From assembly GCA_038227875.1 (NCBI GenBank), contig JBBRPR010000003.1, forward strand, positions 160,001 through 224,000: DNA of 64,000 bases. Reading direction: 5' to 3'. Below are positions 1 through 11,355 of this stretch, in pieces. Position 1 is the stretch's first letter. The number at the start of each line of letters is the position of its first letter. Source of the stretch: Planctomycetota bacterium (GTDB lineage Bacteria > Planctomycetota > SZUA-567 > H5-PLA8). The position numbers were made by a program, and so were the translations under genes. Under the pieces are notes generated by a model. That model was given only the letters and a program-made list of their open reading frames with translations, did no database searches and had not been told where the DNA came from.

Positions 1-15
1 ACGGACCATGTGGTC

Positions 16-1302
16 ATGGCCGAAATTTGTGTGATCGGGTTGGGGTATGTGGGGCTGCCGACGGCGAGCCTGCTGGCCACGGCCGGATTCCAGGTGCTGG
101 GCGTCGACGTCGATCTGGAACTCGTAGAGGGCCTGCGTTCGGGGAAGACACGCCTGGAAGAGGCGGGGCTGTCGACGCTGGTCTCGGCGGCCTGCCACAG
201 CGGGAACCTCACGGCGGCGACGAAGCCGGAACCGTCCGACACCTTCATCATCTGCGCGCCGACGCCGGTCACGGCCGATCACCATGTTGACTTGAGCATG
301 GTGGATGCGGCGGCGAATTCCATCAAGTCCGTGGTCAAGAAGGGCAACCTGGTCATTCTCGAATCGACGTCGCCCATCGGCACCACGCGCGGCACGGTCG
401 GTGGCGTGTTAAAGAAGGCGGGCTTCGAACCGGGCCGCGACGTCCATCTCTGCTACTGCCCCGAGCGCGTGCTGCCCGGCAATACGGTCGCCGAACTGGT
501 CAACAACGACCGCATCATCGGCGGATTGACCCTCGCGTGCGCCGAACACGCGCAGGAAATTTACGCGCGCTTCTGCCAGGGGAAAATCTCGCTCACGGAC
601 GATCTGACCGCGGAAATGTGCAAGCTGATGGAGAACACCTACCGCGACGTCAACATCGCCGTCGCCAATGTTTTCTCCCGCATCGCCGAAGATTCGGGCG
701 TGAACGTGTGGCGCGCGATCGAGCTCTCCAATCTGCATCCGCGCGTCAAGATTTTGAAGCCCGGGCCGGGCGTGGGCGGGCACTGCATTCCCGTCGATCC
801 GTGGTTTTTCGTCGATGCGTATCCCAACCACACCGGACTGCTGCGCGCGTCGCGGGAAGCCAACGACAGCCAGGCCACACGCATGCTCCAGCGCATGATG
901 GCGACTGGTCTGCTGAAGGCCGGCGACACGCTGGCGATTCTGGGCGCCGCGTACAAGGCCGACATCGACGACCCGCGCGAAAGTCCGGCGACGCTGCTGG
1001 CGCACGCGGCCGCGGCGGCAAAGATCAATGTGCGCGTTCATGATCCGCTGGTGCGCGCTGGCGATCACCACGGGCTGAACGTTTCGAACAATCTGGACGA
1101 ATGCCTGACCGGCGCCGCCGCCGCCGCGCTGCTGACGGAGCACAAATATTACCGTGGCCTCTCGTCGAAGGTTTTCGCGCAGCACATGAGCGGCAAACTG
1201 ATCTGCGACGCGCGCAACTGGCTCAACCACAAGTCGCTGTCGCTGGCGGGATTCACGGTGCTGCTGCTGGGCGATGGGAGTGCGCAAGCGACGCAACATT
1301 AA
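16..1302 (+). CDS. wecC: Nucleotide-sugar dehydrogenase (UDP-N-acetyl-D-mannosamine dehydrogenase-like)
   Basis: GLGYVGLP Rossmann motif, LESTSPIGTT, CPERVLPG, KLMENTYRDVNIA, catalytic GPGVGGHCIPVDP, and YKADIDDPRESP. Confidence 0.88.
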   Translation: MAEICVIGLGYVGLPTASLLATAGFQVLGVDVDLELVEGLRSGKTRLEEAGLSTLVSAACHSGNLTAATKPEPSDTFIICAPTPVTADHHVDLSMVDAAANSIKSVVKKGNLVILESTSPIGTTRGTVGGVLKKAGFEPGRDVHLCYCPERVLPGNTVAELVNNDRIIGGLTLACAEHAQEIYARFCQGKISLTDDLTAEMCKLMENTYRDVNIAVANVFSRIAEDSGVNVWRAIELSNLHPRVKILKPGPGVGGHCIPVDPWFFVDAYPNHTGLLRASREANDSQATRMLQRMMATGLLKAGDTLAILGAAYKADIDDPRESPATLLAHAAAAAKINVRVHDPLVRAGDHHGLNVSNNLDECLTGAAAAALLTEHKYYRGLSSKVFAQHMSGKLICDARNWLNHKSLSLAGFTVLLLGDGSAQATQH

Positions 1303-1311
1303 AACAAAACA

Positions 1312-1860
1312 TCACGCCCCTGTCAGCAAGCGCTTGCCCCCGAGAAACACCGTCCAGACAACGACCGTCGTCCAGTGCATCAGGATCGGCGGCCAGAGCG
1401 AACCGGACATCCGGTAAGCCAGCGTGCAGACCAGGCCCAGCAATCCGGCAAAGAATAGAAACAAGGGATTGCTGAAGACGGCGAATGCTTCGTGCCGCAG
1501 GAGGTAGCCGTTGAGCGGATGCATCGCGATAAATACGGCGAGGCTGAGCGTTGCGGTAATCCACACGCGCTGCGGCGTCGCGTTCTCCCGCGGATGGGGA
1601 AGCAGGATGGCGCGAAAGAACAGCTCCTCCACGACGGCCGGCCGAATGAAAATCAATAGCGGCACGATCAGAAACGCGCGCGCATTGCCGCTCATCACTT
1701 CGATGTGAAGAAAACCCGTCGCCAGACCGGCGCTCAAGACAATAGCGACGTACGCGGCATACAACGCGGCACAGCGAAGCCACCCCGGGCCTTCAGGCAC
1801 GCGTCGAAAGGCAAGTGCAACGCTGGTCAATCGCGTGCGGACTGGAGCGGGAATATTCAC
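1312..1860 (-). CDS. CPBP/CAAX-family intramembrane glutamic endopeptidase
   Basis: EELFFR motif, FIAMH, and SGSLWPPILMHW within hydrophobic helices. The start (GTG 1860) is uncertain. Confidence 0.8.
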   Translation of the reverse strand: MNIPAPVRTRLTSVALAFRRVPEGPGWLRCAALYAAYVAIVLSAGLATGFLHIEVMSGNARAFLIVPLLIFIRPAVVEELFFRAILLPHPRENATPQRVWITATLSLAVFIAMHPLNGYLLRHEAFAVFSNPLFLFFAGLLGLVCTLAYRMSGSLWPPILMHWTTVVVWTVFLGGKRLLTGA

Positions 1861-1882
1861 GGACGCGACGATAGCTGGAGTG

Positions 1883-2467
1883 TTAGCGCGCCTGCAACGG
1901 CAAATCCCCGCCCATCTCCTTGTATTCCTGAACAATGCGGTCGTTCACCTTCACGTTTTCGTCGAGCTTGGTGAGGTGCTGGCTGGTCAGCGTGGATTCG
2001 GTGACGCGGTTGTCGACGTATTCCATCGCTTGTTTCGTTGGCAGGTTGCGGACGTCGCGGACGAGCTGGATGGCTTCCTGGCGTTTCTTCTTGGCGATCA
2101 AAGTCGCGAGCGTCGATTCAAACGTGCGCTCGCGTTCGTCGGCCAGCCACTCGGCGAGCTCCTCGTTGCCGCTTTCGCGCGACTTGCTCGACGGCACGTG
2201 AATCGAAAAGGCGAACTTCCAGAAATTGAACGAATAGAACGAGTAGCGGTGATGCACCTGGAAGCTCAACGTCACCCGCGAAAATCCCAGCACCGGCGAG
2301 CCCCACGTCTGGCCTTCGACATCGACATCCGTGGGTTTGGCGACAGCGACGGGCGGGGCGTGTGAACTCTGCGCCGCCTTGTCGGAGACGATGGAGGTCC
2401 TCAGGCGCGTCAACGTCGCGAGCGCTTCGTCGACCAATGCGACGGATGGATGTCGGGGGTTTGCCAT
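1883..2467 (-). CDS. Hypothetical protein with a ribosomal L7/L12 C-terminal-like helical motif
   Basis: ORF 1883..2485, with ATG 2467 preferred. KKRQEAIQLVRDVRNLPTKQAMEYVD resembles the KIxAIKxxRxxxxxxLxEAKxxVD pattern. Confidence 0.55.
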   Translation of the reverse strand: MANPRHPSVALVDEALATLTRLRTSIVSDKAAQSSHAPPVAVAKPTDVDVEGQTWGSPVLGFSRVTLSFQVHHRYSFYSFNFWKFAFSIHVPSSKSRESGNEELAEWLADERERTFESTLATLIAKKKRQEAIQLVRDVRNLPTKQAMEYVDNRVTESTLTSQHLTKLDENVKVNDRIVQEYKEMGGDLPLQAR

Positions 2468-2611
2468 GGTCTGGGTGCTCCGCATATATAGGGTATGCGG
2501 CCGGAACGGAGCTGCCGCTATAAGTAGTAACGTTCGAGTGACGCTTTACTCCACTGAATGTCCGCAAAATGTCGAATTCTCATGTGCACGCGTTCGCTCA
2601 CCTGTTTTTCA

Positions 2612-2641
2612 TTGACGCAATCTTGAAAAGCCACGTATTCT
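2612..2641 (+). promoter_or_regulatory. Putative sigma70-type promoter
   Basis: TTGACG-N18-TATTCT, followed by GGAGG and the GTG at 2666. Confidence 0.35.
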
Positions 2642-2665
2642 GCCTCCGCTTCGGAGGGACTTATC

Positions 2666-4474
2666 GTGACTCAATCAACGCTCGTCTTCGTTGTCATCGT
2701 CGCACTCACCACATCAACCGCGTGGAGCGCGACCGCGGACAAGAACGCACCGATCATTCCCGACGACCGCCGCATGGACTGGAAGCCGGGCATCCCCGGC
2801 GGCATCCCGAAGTACCCGCCGTTCGCCAGCGTCAAAGATCCGGCCTACGGCGCGAAGGGCGATGGCAAAGTCGACGACACCGCCGCGATTCAGAAGGCCA
2901 TCGAAGCCTGTCCGCTGGGCAAGGCCGTGCTGATTCCGGCCGGAACGTACCGGCTGACGGGCCGCCTGAATCTGCTCAAGGGCATCGCCTTGCGCGGAGA
3001 AGGTCCCGACAAAACGCGGCTGAGCAACGAAGCGGAGAAGGACCACGTCATCGGCATGTGCAACTGGGATCAGGACAGCACGTCGCCGATCCTCAGCGGC
3101 TTTACGAAGGGCTCGACGGCGATCACGGTCGAAGATCCGTCGAAATTCAAAGTCGGCGAACTGCTGCTCGTCGACCAGCTCAACGATCCCGAGCTCGTCG
3201 ACATCGGCGGCGTCGAAGGCGTGTGCACGTTTGCCGGGCGCGAAGACGGCAAGCGCGCGATGGGCCAGTTGGTGCTGATCACGAAGAAGACTGGCGCCGT
3301 GCTGGAGCTCAGCCGGCCGCTCTACTATCCGTTTAAAGCGGAGTTCAAGCCCGAAGCCACGCGCAGCACCGACAAGACCATCGACAGCGCCGGCGTCGAG
3401 GACCTCTACATTGAAACAACGCGCCGCCGCACGGACGAAAGCTCGACCATCCGCATCTGGCAGGGCGTCCACTGCTGGGTGAAGAACGTCGAATCGTGCC
3501 GCGGCTGGATGTTCGGGCACGTCACCTTGCGCCGGTCGCTGGGCTGCGAAGTCCGCGACTGCTACATCCACCACAATCTTGGCTATGGCGCGGGGCAGGC
3601 GTACGGCGTGATCGTCAGCGGGCAGAGCACCGACTGTCTCGTCGAGAACTGCACGTTCTATTCGCTGAAGGCCGGCATGATGCTCGGATCGAGCGGGCCG
3701 GGAAATGTGTTCGCGTACAATTTTTCCACCGGCATCGTCGGCCGCGATTTTCCCAAGACGCAGTGGGCGCATCCCGACGTCTCGATCCACTCCCCGCATC
3801 CGTATCTGAATCTGTTTGAAGGTAATTATTTTTCGGTGAGCAACTTCGACTTCATCCACGGCTCGTCGAGCCACAACACGCTCTTCCGCAACTACGCCGA
3901 CATGGACCCGCACATGCCCGACGGCCGGCCGGAGCCCAGCAACATCAACGCGGTGCGTCTCGACAAGCGCAACTACTGCATCAATGTGGTGGGAAATGTC
4001 TTCGGACATGAAGGCATGAAGGCCGTCGCGGAGCAGGCGACGAAAATCAATTTCGATCAGGCCACGATCTGGAGTCTCGGCCACGACGGCGATCCGAAAG
4101 TCGCGCAGACGCTGCTGCGGCACGGCAACTACGATTTCATCAGCAAGCAGACACAATGGGATCCGAACATCGCCAATCACCAGCTTGTGCCGTCGCTTTT
4201 TCTGACGACGAAGCCCGCCTACTTCGGAAAGTTGCCATGGCCGCCAATTGGACCCGACGCCAACCCGCTGGTCACGAGCATCCCGGCGCGGGAGCGCTTC
4301 CTGAAAACTCCCGCCGCCGAGCGCGAGGCGCAGGACCTGCTGTATCTGGGCCAGTACCTCCGCGCCGAGAAAAACGACGCCGAAGCCAAAACCGCGCTGC
4401 AGCAGCTGGTGACGAAGTATCCGGCGAGCCCGCTGGCGAAGACTGCGGCCGCGGAATTGGAGCAAATGAAGTAA
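2666..4474 (+). CDS. Secreted right-handed beta-helix carbohydrate-active protein (pectate lyase 3/GH28-related) with C-terminal TPR-like hairpin
   Basis: Signal peptide; YGAKGDGKVDDTAAIQKAI and VLIPAGTYRL motifs; beta-helix-like repeats; C-terminal AKTALQQLVTKYPASPLA. Confidence 0.75.
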   Translation: MTQSTLVFVVIVALTTSTAWSATADKNAPIIPDDRRMDWKPGIPGGIPKYPPFASVKDPAYGAKGDGKVDDTAAIQKAIEACPLGKAVLIPAGTYRLTGRLNLLKGIALRGEGPDKTRLSNEAEKDHVIGMCNWDQDSTSPILSGFTKGSTAITVEDPSKFKVGELLLVDQLNDPELVDIGGVEGVCTFAGREDGKRAMGQLVLITKKTGAVLELSRPLYYPFKAEFKPEATRSTDKTIDSAGVEDLYIETTRRRTDESSTIRIWQGVHCWVKNVESCRGWMFGHVTLRRSLGCEVRDCYIHHNLGYGAGQAYGVIVSGQSTDCLVENCTFYSLKAGMMLGSSGPGNVFAYNFSTGIVGRDFPKTQWAHPDVSIHSPHPYLNLFEGNYFSVSNFDFIHGSSSHNTLFRNYADMDPHMPDGRPEPSNINAVRLDKRNYCINVVGNVFGHEGMKAVAEQATKINFDQATIWSLGHDGDPKVAQTLLRHGNYDFISKQTQWDPNIANHQLVPSLFLTTKPAYFGKLPWPPIGPDANPLVTSIPARERFLKTPAAEREAQDLLYLGQYLRAEKNDAEAKTALQQLVTKYPASPLAKTAAAELEQMK

Positions 4475-4662
4475 GCCGCGGCGCCTTGACATTTACCCTG
4501 CGCGTGGGGTTCAATGCAGAGCAAGGGAAAGACCGCCCGGCTATGATGGCGACTACGATGGACTACGGATATTGACTCTGTTCCCACCGTTTGCTTTCAC
4601 CCCTCTTATCACTTAAAAGCACCACTTCGGTTGGTGGTAAATTTTTCAGGAGTTCTCAGACG

Positions 4663-7557
4663 ATGGCGGCGGCGAAGTACGTACCTTCAGAAGTAGAGAA
4701 AAAGTGGCAGGAGTATTGGGCGAAAGAGCAGACCTTCCGCATCTCCAATCCCGGCGAACCCGGCTTTGATCCGGCCAAACCGAAATACTACATCCTCGAC
4801 ATGTTCCCGTACCCCAGCGGCGCGGGCATCCACGTCGGACATCCGGAAGGCTACACCGCCACCGATATTCTCACCCGCTGGAAGCGCATGCAGGGCTTCA
4901 ACGTGCTCCACCCGATGGGCTGGGACGCGTTCGGCCTGCCCGCGGAACAGTACGCCGTCCAGACCGGCACGCATCCGGCCGTCACGACGAAGAAGAACGT
5001 GGAGAACATCAAACGTCAGATTCAGTCGCTGGGATTCAGCTACGACTGGACGCGCGAAATCGACACGACCGATCCGCATTACTACAAGTGGACGCAGTGG
5101 ATCTTCCTGAAGCTCTTCAACAGTATCTTCGACACGCACCAGCAGACGGCGCGCGACGTCAACGACATCGTCGCCGACCTGAAGGCCGGCAAGCTGACGT
5201 TGAAGAACGGCAGCGCGATCGTCTTCGATCCCGCCGCGGCGTCGAAAAAAGAAGGCGCGCAGTGGAGCGACCTGAACGCCGATCAGCAGTGGAAAGTGCT
5301 GGCCGCGCACCGGCTGGCGTATGTCAGCGAAGCACCGGTGTGGTGGTGCGAAGCACTGGGCACCGTGCTGGCTAACGAAGAAGTGATCGACGGTCGCAGC
5401 GACCGCGGCGACTATCCGTGCGTCAAGAAACCGCTGCGCCAATGGATGCTGCGCATCACTGCGTACGCCGAACGCCTGCTGGCCGACCTGGAGCACATCG
5501 ACTGGCCCGAGCCGATCAAGCTGATGCAGCGCCATTGGACGGGACGGTCGGAAGGTGCCGAAGTCGATTTCGCAACGGAAAGCGGCAGCAAGATCCGCGT
5601 CTTTACGACGCGGCCGGACACGCTGTACGGCGCGACGTACATGGTGCTGGCGCCGGAACATCCGCTGGTCGCGCAGATCACGACCGCCGAACAGAAAGCG
5701 GCGATTGCCCAATATGTCTCCGCGGCCAGCAGCAAGAGCGACCTGGCGCGTACGGATCTGGCGAAGGACAAGTCCGGCGTCTTCACCGGCGCGTATGCGC
5801 TGAACCCGGTTTACGAAGCCAGCGACCCGCGCGCGAAGATTCCGATCTGGATCGCCGACTACGTGCTGATGAGCTACGGCACCGGCGCGATCATGGCCGT
5901 GCCGGCGCACGACGAACGCGACGCGGAATTCGCGGTGAAGTTCAAACTGCCGATCATCAGCGTGGTGATGCCGCCGGACGCGTGGCTGAAAAGCAACGCG
6001 AAGGAGCCATCCAAGGACGCTGCGGTGCTGCGGGAGCGCTTCACTGCCGATCCGCTGGCGTTCAAAGAGTTCTTCGTCGACGACGGCGTGGCGATGAAGT
6101 CGCCGTCGATCGACGGCCTGCCGACGCCGGAAGCCAAGGTCAAGATCACCGCATGGCTGGAAGGAAAAAAGATCGGCGAGAAGAAAATTACCTACCGCCT
6201 GCGCGATTGGCTCTTCAGCCGTCAGCGCTATTGGGGCGAACCGTTCCCAATTCTCTGGGACGAGCAGGGCCACGCCCGCGCGGTCTCCACCGAATCGCTG
6301 CCGGTGCTGCTGCCGGAGATGAGCGACTTCAAGCCGACCGGCACGCCTGAACCGCCGCTGAGCAAGGCCAAGGATTGGCTGAACGTGAAGATCGTCGTCC
6401 AACCGGACGGCACGGCGCGCATCGCCAAGCCGGGTGAGGCCGGCATCAACGCCCGCCGCGAAACGAACACGATGCCGCAGTGGGCCGGGTCGTGCTGGTA
6501 CTACCTGCGCTTCACCGACGCCAACAATCCGGACGCGGCGTACAGCAAAGCCGCCGAAGCGTACTGGATGGACGTCGATCTGTACGTCGGCGGCGCCGAA
6601 CACGCCGTGCTGCATCTGCTGTACAGCCGGTTCTGGCACAAGGTCCTGTATGATCACGGCTTGGTCCACAGTGCGGAGCCGTTTAAGAAACTGTTCAACC
6701 AGGGCCTGATCACCGGTTTCGCGTACAAAGACGAAACCGGCCGCCTGATTCCCAACGACGAAGTGGAAGACAAAGGCGACGGCGTGTACGTGGTCAAAGC
6801 CACGGGGAAACCCGCCACGCAGTTGGTCACCAAGATGTCCAAGTCGCTGAAGAACGTGGTCAACCCCGACGACGTGATCAACGAGTACGGCGCCGACACG
6901 CTGCGCCTGTACGAAATGTTCATGGGCCCGCTGGATGGCAGCAAGCCGTGGAATCCCCGCGACGTGCCGGGCATGTTCCGCTTCCTGCGCGACTGCTGGC
7001 GCGTCTTCATCGAGGAAGATGAGAGCAAACCCAACGCCGGCAACGTGCGTATGAACCTGTTGCCGTCAGCCTCGGAACTGATCGGCGACAAGAGCGAGTC
7101 TCTGGAGCGCGAGCTCCACAAGACGATCAAGGGCGTGACGCACGACTTCGAGCGCATGGCGTTCAATACGGCGATCAGCAAGCTGATGGTCTTCAAGAAC
7201 AAGGTCCAGGAAGACGTGACGTCGCTGACCCGTTCGCAGGCCAAGCGTTTCCTGCTGCTGCTGGCACCGCTGGCGCCGCACATCGCCGAGGAACTGTGGT
7301 CGCGCATGCGCCATCACCATTCGCTGGCCTACGAAGCGTGGCCGACGTTTGACGAAGCGCTGACGCAGGACGCGGTGAAGGAACTGGCCGTGCAGGTGAA
7401 CGGCAAAGTCAAATCTCGCATCAGCGTCGCCGCGACAGCCTCGGAAGAGGATGTGAAGAAACTGGCGCTCGAAGCCGTCGCCGCAGACGTCGCGGGAAAA
7501 ACGGTCGCCAAGGTGATCGTCGTGCAGGGGCGCTTGGTGAACATCGTCGTGAAGTGA
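4663..7557 (+). CDS. leuS: Leucine--tRNA ligase
   Basis: [14 protein letters not shown] (HIGH), [17 protein letters not shown] editing domain, KMSKS, and C-terminal VQVNGK. Confidence 0.97.
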   Translation: MAAAKYVPSEVEKKWQEYWAKEQTFRISNPGEPGFDPAKPKYYILDMFPYPSGAGIHVGHPEGYTATDILTRWKRMQGFNVLHPMGWDAFGLPAEQYAVQTGTHPAVTTKKNVENIKRQIQSLGFSYDWTREIDTTDPHYYKWTQWIFLKLFNSIFDTHQQTARDVNDIVADLKAGKLTLKNGSAIVFDPAAASKKEGAQWSDLNADQQWKVLAAHRLAYVSEAPVWWCEALGTVLANEEVIDGRSDRGDYPCVKKPLRQWMLRITAYAERLLADLEHIDWPEPIKLMQRHWTGRSEGAEVDFATESGSKIRVFTTRPDTLYGATYMVLAPEHPLVAQITTAEQKAAIAQYVSAASSKSDLARTDLAKDKSGVFTGAYALNPVYEASDPRAKIPIWIADYVLMSYGTGAIMAVPAHDERDAEFAVKFKLPIISVVMPPDAWLKSNAKEPSKDAAVLRERFTADPLAFKEFFVDDGVAMKSPSIDGLPTPEAKVKITAWLEGKKIGEKKITYRLRDWLFSRQRYWGEPFPILWDEQGHARAVSTESLPVLLPEMSDFKPTGTPEPPLSKAKDWLNVKIVVQPDGTARIAKPGEAGINARRETNTMPQWAGSCWYYLRFTDANNPDAAYSKAAEAYWMDVDLYVGGAEHAVLHLLYSRFWHKVLYDHGLVHSAEPFKKLFNQGLITGFAYKDETGRLIPNDEVEDKGDGVYVVKATGKPATQLVTKMSKSLKNVVNPDDVINEYGADTLRLYEMFMGPLDGSKPWNPRDVPGMFRFLRDCWRVFIEEDESKPNAGNVRMNLLPSASELIGDKSESLERELHKTIKGVTHDFERMAFNTAISKLMVFKNKVQEDVTSLTRSQAKRFLLLLAPLAPHIAEELWSRMRHHHSLAYEAWPTFDEALTQDAVKELAVQVNGKVKSRISVAATASEEDVKKLALEAVAADVAGKTVAKVIVVQGRLVNIVVK

Positions 7558-7569
7558 GGCGGACGGACG

Positions 7570-7735
7570 GATGGCATCGGGGATCGGGCATCAGGCATCG
7601 GTTGATCAGTACGACCGTGCAAATGAGTGCACGCCGTTGCGCTGAAGAACCGTACAGCTAAAGTCAGAACGTGCGATTGCGCCAGTGGCAGCATTCCCAC
7701 TGACCGATGCCGGATGCCCGATCCCCGATGCCATC
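7570..7735. repeat. Inverted-repeat element built from heptamer GGCATCG/CGATGCC
   Basis: Arms 7570-7602 and 7703-7735 are reverse complements with 1 mismatch in 33 nt. Confidence 0.9.
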
Positions 7736-7760
7736 AGTTTGAAGTGATAGGATGTTCACC

Positions 7761-8183
7761 ATGGCCGACGAGTTGAAAGCCGCTGGAGCAATCTGCTATC
7801 TCCCTGACGGCAAGAAGACGTACTTCCTGATCCTGCGATCCGCCAAAACAGGGGAGTGGGGGCCGCCGAAGGGGCATTCGGAGGAAGGGGAGACGGAGCT
7901 GGAGACGGCCGTCCGGGAACTCTACGAAGAGGCCGGGGTGCGGCGGGTCAGTTTCACGCCGGGCTTTCGCGAAATTCTGAAGTACACCGTCGAAAAGAAA
8001 GGCAAGACCCTCAACAAGGAAGTCGCGCTGTACTTGTGCAAGCTCGACGACGACGACGTCCGCATCTCCCCCGAACACACCGAAGCCCATTTCGCCACAC
8101 TCGATGAAATCGAACAGCTCGTGCCGCACGAGGACCTGCGGGAGGTCTTCCGCCGCGCGGCCGCGTTCGTTAAAGCAAACTAA
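7761..8183 (+). CDS. NUDIX hydrolase (Ap4A hydrolase-like)
   Basis: WGPPKGHSEEGETELETAVRELYEEAG Nudix box and ISPEH. The start could instead be 7752. Confidence 0.88.
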   Translation: MADELKAAGAICYLPDGKKTYFLILRSAKTGEWGPPKGHSEEGETELETAVRELYEEAGVRRVSFTPGFREILKYTVEKKGKTLNKEVALYLCKLDDDDVRISPEHTEAHFATLDEIEQLVPHEDLREVFRRAAAFVKAN

Positions 8184-8191
8184 ACGGCTCG

Positions 8192-8328
8192 TCTCACGCA
8201 AAGCCGCGAAGCCGCTAAGAACAGCAACGGATTTGGGGTGAGGCGGGATAAGCTCAAGGCAATTCGCGAGACTCTCAGGAACTAAAACCTAAAGCCGTTC
8301 GTGCTGTTCTTTGCGGCTTTGCGTGAGA
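8192..8328. repeat. Inverted-repeat element, 9-nt-periodic family (TCTCACGCAAAGCCGC termini)
   Basis: Perfect 16-nt terminal inverted repeat, with the same termini as the 21581-21789 element. Confidence 0.88.
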
Positions 8329-8344
8329 TTAGAAGACGTAGACC

Positions 8345-9283
8345 ATGGGCGAACTCGATCTTCTCAAACAATTCCGCGCGCATGCGCCGACGCATCCGAG
8401 CGTCATCGTCGGTCCCGGGCAGGACTGTGCGATTTTGTGCTGGCCGGCGGGGCGTGATCTGGCTTTTAAGATCGACCAGATCGTCGAAGGCACGCATTTT
8501 TTGCGCAGCGGGCCGGAGGCGGCGTCGGCTAAACAAATTGGCTGGAAAGCGATGGCCAAGGCCTGTTCGGATATTGCGGCGACGGGATACTGGCCGGTCG
8601 CAGCGACCGTCGCGGTGAACCTGGCGAAAGGCACGCCGCCGAAAGTGGCGCTGGAACTTTACGACGGCATCTGCGCGTGCTGCAAACGCTTCGGCTTTGC
8701 GCTGGCCGGCGGGGACCTCAGCGTTTCGAAAAACAAATTGAGCGTCGTGGTCTCGCTGCTCGGCGACGGTCCGAAAGGAAAAGCCTGGCTGCGGCGCGGC
8801 GCGAAATCCGGCGATCTGCTGATGGTCACCGGAACGCTGGGCGGTTCGCGCGGAGGAAAACATCTGGACTTCGAACCGCGTTTGAAAGAAGCGCGCGAAT
8901 TGAGAAAACTGATTCCCAACGGCGTTCACGCGTGCATCGACATCACCGACGGGCTCAGCCGCGATCTGCATCACATCTGCGAGGAGAGCCGCTGCGGCGC
9001 GGAAGTCTTCGAGACGGAAATTCCGTACAGCCGCGACGCCCGGAAGGCAGAAAAATCCGGTCCGCGGTCCGCGCTGGATCACGTGCTTCGCGACGGCGAA
9101 GATTTTGAGCTGCTCATGGCCGTCGATCCACGCGCCGCGGCCACACTGCTGAAGCGGTGGAAGCTTAAAACAAAACTGAGCGTAATCGGAAGGATAACGC
9201 CCGCAAAATTCGGTTGTAAATTGGTTAGAAGGGATGGAACACATGGCGAAATGGCCGATATAGGATATGAGCATCGCGCTTGA
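8345..9283 (+). CDS. thiL: Thiamine-monophosphate kinase
   Basis: GPGQDCA, EGTHF, SDIAA, GGD, DITDGLSRDL and GEDFELL. Confidence 0.93.
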   Translation: MGELDLLKQFRAHAPTHPSVIVGPGQDCAILCWPAGRDLAFKIDQIVEGTHFLRSGPEAASAKQIGWKAMAKACSDIAATGYWPVAATVAVNLAKGTPPKVALELYDGICACCKRFGFALAGGDLSVSKNKLSVVVSLLGDGPKGKAWLRRGAKSGDLLMVTGTLGGSRGGKHLDFEPRLKEARELRKLIPNGVHACIDITDGLSRDLHHICEESRCGAEVFETEIPYSRDARKAEKSGPRSALDHVLRDGEDFELLMAVDPRAAATLLKRWKLKTKLSVIGRITPAKFGCKLVRRDGTHGEMADIGYEHRA

Positions 9284-9334
9284 AGTCGGCCTATTTCCAT
9301 GGGCATTTTGAATCAAAATGGTTAGAATGAAAAG

Positions 9335-9829
9335 ATGGCACAGTTGACCGAAGCCTTCTCGAGAAGCACCGCTTCCGCGGGCGAAACCGAAGATCTCGGC
9401 GCTTCACTCGCGCGCGGACTACGCGGCGGCGAATTGATTGTGCTCTCGGGGGAACTTGGCGCGGGAAAAACGGTCTTCGTACGCGGACTGGCGCGTGGCC
9501 TGAATTGCCCGCCCGGCGTCCGCGTCACCAGTCCCACCTACGTGCTGCAGCACGCGTACCGCGGCGGACGATTGGCGCTTTATCATATTGATGCTTACCG
9601 CATCGGCGGCGGAGCGGCGGAGTTCGAAGCCAGCGGACTGCGCGAATGCATGGACGATGCCGGCGGCGTCGTCTGCCTGGAATGGCCGGAACGGCTCGAC
9701 GACCTGCAGTGGCCAGGCGACCGCATTTTCGTGCAGATCGAACACGTCGATCCGCAGCACCGCCAGGTGACGCTGAAGCCCAGCGGCGCGCACTCGCAAC
9801 AGCTTTTGCAGTCGGCTTTCAGTCACTAA
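9335..9829 (+). CDS. tsaE: tRNA threonylcarbamoyladenosine biosynthesis ATPase
   Basis: GELGAGKT P-loop, VTSPTY, HIDAYR and EW. Confidence 0.95.
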   Translation: MAQLTEAFSRSTASAGETEDLGASLARGLRGGELIVLSGELGAGKTVFVRGLARGLNCPPGVRVTSPTYVLQHAYRGGRLALYHIDAYRIGGGAAEFEASGLRECMDDAGGVVCLEWPERLDDLQWPGDRIFVQIEHVDPQHRQVTLKPSGAHSQQLLQSAFSH

Positions 9830-9863
9830 CGCTCGCGCTGTTTTTAACGTTTCAATTCAGGAG

Positions 9864-11342
9864 ATGATCATGGCCCGCAAACCCGGCAAACGTGAAAAAG
9901 AGCTGGAGACCAACGGAGATAAGCCGGCTGTCGCGACGATCGAAGAGCACCCGGTTTCCGGAGCGAAGCGGCCGCCGAAAGTCGTCACGCCGGTCACGCC
10001 CGCTCTGCCGCACGTGCCGAAGCTCGATGCCTCGCTGCCCCCGGCCGATCCGCCGGCGCAGATGGAGCCGATGCACAAATCGAACACCGCGATTCTGCGC
10101 CGCCACGACATGTGGGACCAGGCGCTGCGCCAGCTCGACGAAGTCGCCGCGCTGATCAAGCTCGACAAGGATTCACACGTGCTGCTGCGCCATCCCAAGC
10201 GCACGCTGGAAGTCGCCGTGCCGGTGCGTATGGATGACGGTCACGTCGAAGTCTTCCAGGGCTACCGTGTCCACCACAACCAGTACCGCGGCCCGTGCAA
10301 AGGCGGTATCCGCTACCATCACGAAGTCAGCATGGATGAAGTCAAAGCGCTGGCGATGCTGATGACGTGGAAGTGCGCGCTGATGAACATTCCCTACGGT
10401 GGCGCGAAGGGCGGCGTGGTGGTCGATCCACGCAAGCTTTCCGAAAAGGAACTCGAACGCCTGACCCGGCGCTTCACGTCGGAAATCATGATCATCATCG
10501 GACCCGATCGCGACATCCCCGCGCCGGACATGGGCACCAACCAGCAGACCATGGCGTGGATGATGGACACCTACGCGATGACCACCGGACATTCCGTGCC
10601 GCAGATCGTGACGGGAAAACCCGTCTCCGTCGGCGGCTCGCTGGGCCGCATCGAAGCCACGGGGCGCGGCGTGAGCTACGTCACCGCCGCGGTCGTGCGT
10701 GAACTCGGCTTGGAAATGAAGGGCCTCCGCGTGGCCGTTCAGGGCGCCGGTAACGTAGGCTCAAATGCCGCCAAAGCGCTGCACGAACTCGGCGCAAAGA
10801 TCGTGGCGATCAGCGACGTCAAGGGCGGCGTCCACAACACGTCGGGCATCGATCCCTTCAAGCTCTTCGCCTCGATGGGCCCGAAGGATCTCGTCTCCGA
10901 TCACTGCCAGGGCGAAAAGGTCACCAACGAGCAGCTCCTGACGCTCGATTGCGACGTGCTGATCCCCGCGGCGCTGGGCGGCGTGATCACCGAAAACAAC
11001 GCCAAGGATGTCAAAGCGCGCATCATCGTCGAAGGCGCCAACGGCCCGACGACGCCCGACGCCGACACCGTTCTGAACAAGAAGGGCATCGTGGTGGTCC
11101 CGGACATCCTGGCCAACGCCGGTGGCGTGACGGTCAGCTACTTCGAATGGGTGCAGGGCATCCAGTACTACTTCTGGGAGCTCGATGAAATCAACACGCG
11201 CCTGCAGAAAGTGATGCTCAATGCCTTCAATTCGCTCTGGGCGCTCTCGCGGCGCGAACGCGTCTCGCTGCGCACCGCCGCGCTGATGATCTCGGTCAAA
11301 CGCGTCGCCGAAGCGTCGAAATCGCTGGGTCTGTTTCCCTAA
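9864..11342 (+). CDS. gdhA: Glu/Leu/Phe/Val dehydrogenase (glutamate dehydrogenase) with Pro-rich N-terminal extension
   Basis: KGGIRY, GGAKGG, DIPAPD, ATGRGV, EGANGP and PDILANAGGVTVSYFEW. Confidence 0.92.
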   Translation: MIMARKPGKREKELETNGDKPAVATIEEHPVSGAKRPPKVVTPVTPALPHVPKLDASLPPADPPAQMEPMHKSNTAILRRHDMWDQALRQLDEVAALIKLDKDSHVLLRHPKRTLEVAVPVRMDDGHVEVFQGYRVHHNQYRGPCKGGIRYHHEVSMDEVKALAMLMTWKCALMNIPYGGAKGGVVVDPRKLSEKELERLTRRFTSEIMIIIGPDRDIPAPDMGTNQQTMAWMMDTYAMTTGHSVPQIVTGKPVSVGGSLGRIEATGRGVSYVTAAVVRELGLEMKGLRVAVQGAGNVGSNAAKALHELGAKIVAISDVKGGVHNTSGIDPFKLFASMGPKDLVSDHCQGEKVTNEQLLTLDCDVLIPAALGGVITENNAKDVKARIIVEGANGPTTPDADTVLNKKGIVVVPDILANAGGVTVSYFEWVQGIQYYFWELDEINTRLQKVMLNAFNSLWALSRRERVSLRTAALMISVKRVAEASKSLGLFP

Positions 11343-11355
11343 CGGGAAACGGGAA

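Noticed and set aside
4475..4662. T-box or attenuator upstream of leuS
   Set aside because: I could not identify a T-box consensus or a terminator/antiterminator pair.
2714..6669. Long antisense ORFs 2714..4492 and 4687..6669
   Set aside because: They are shadows of well-supported plus-strand genes in GC-rich DNA and have no motifs.
7603..7702. Spacer of the repeat element as a four-helix-bundle gene remnant (ASGSIP in one frame)
   Set aside because: The match is too short to distinguish from chance.
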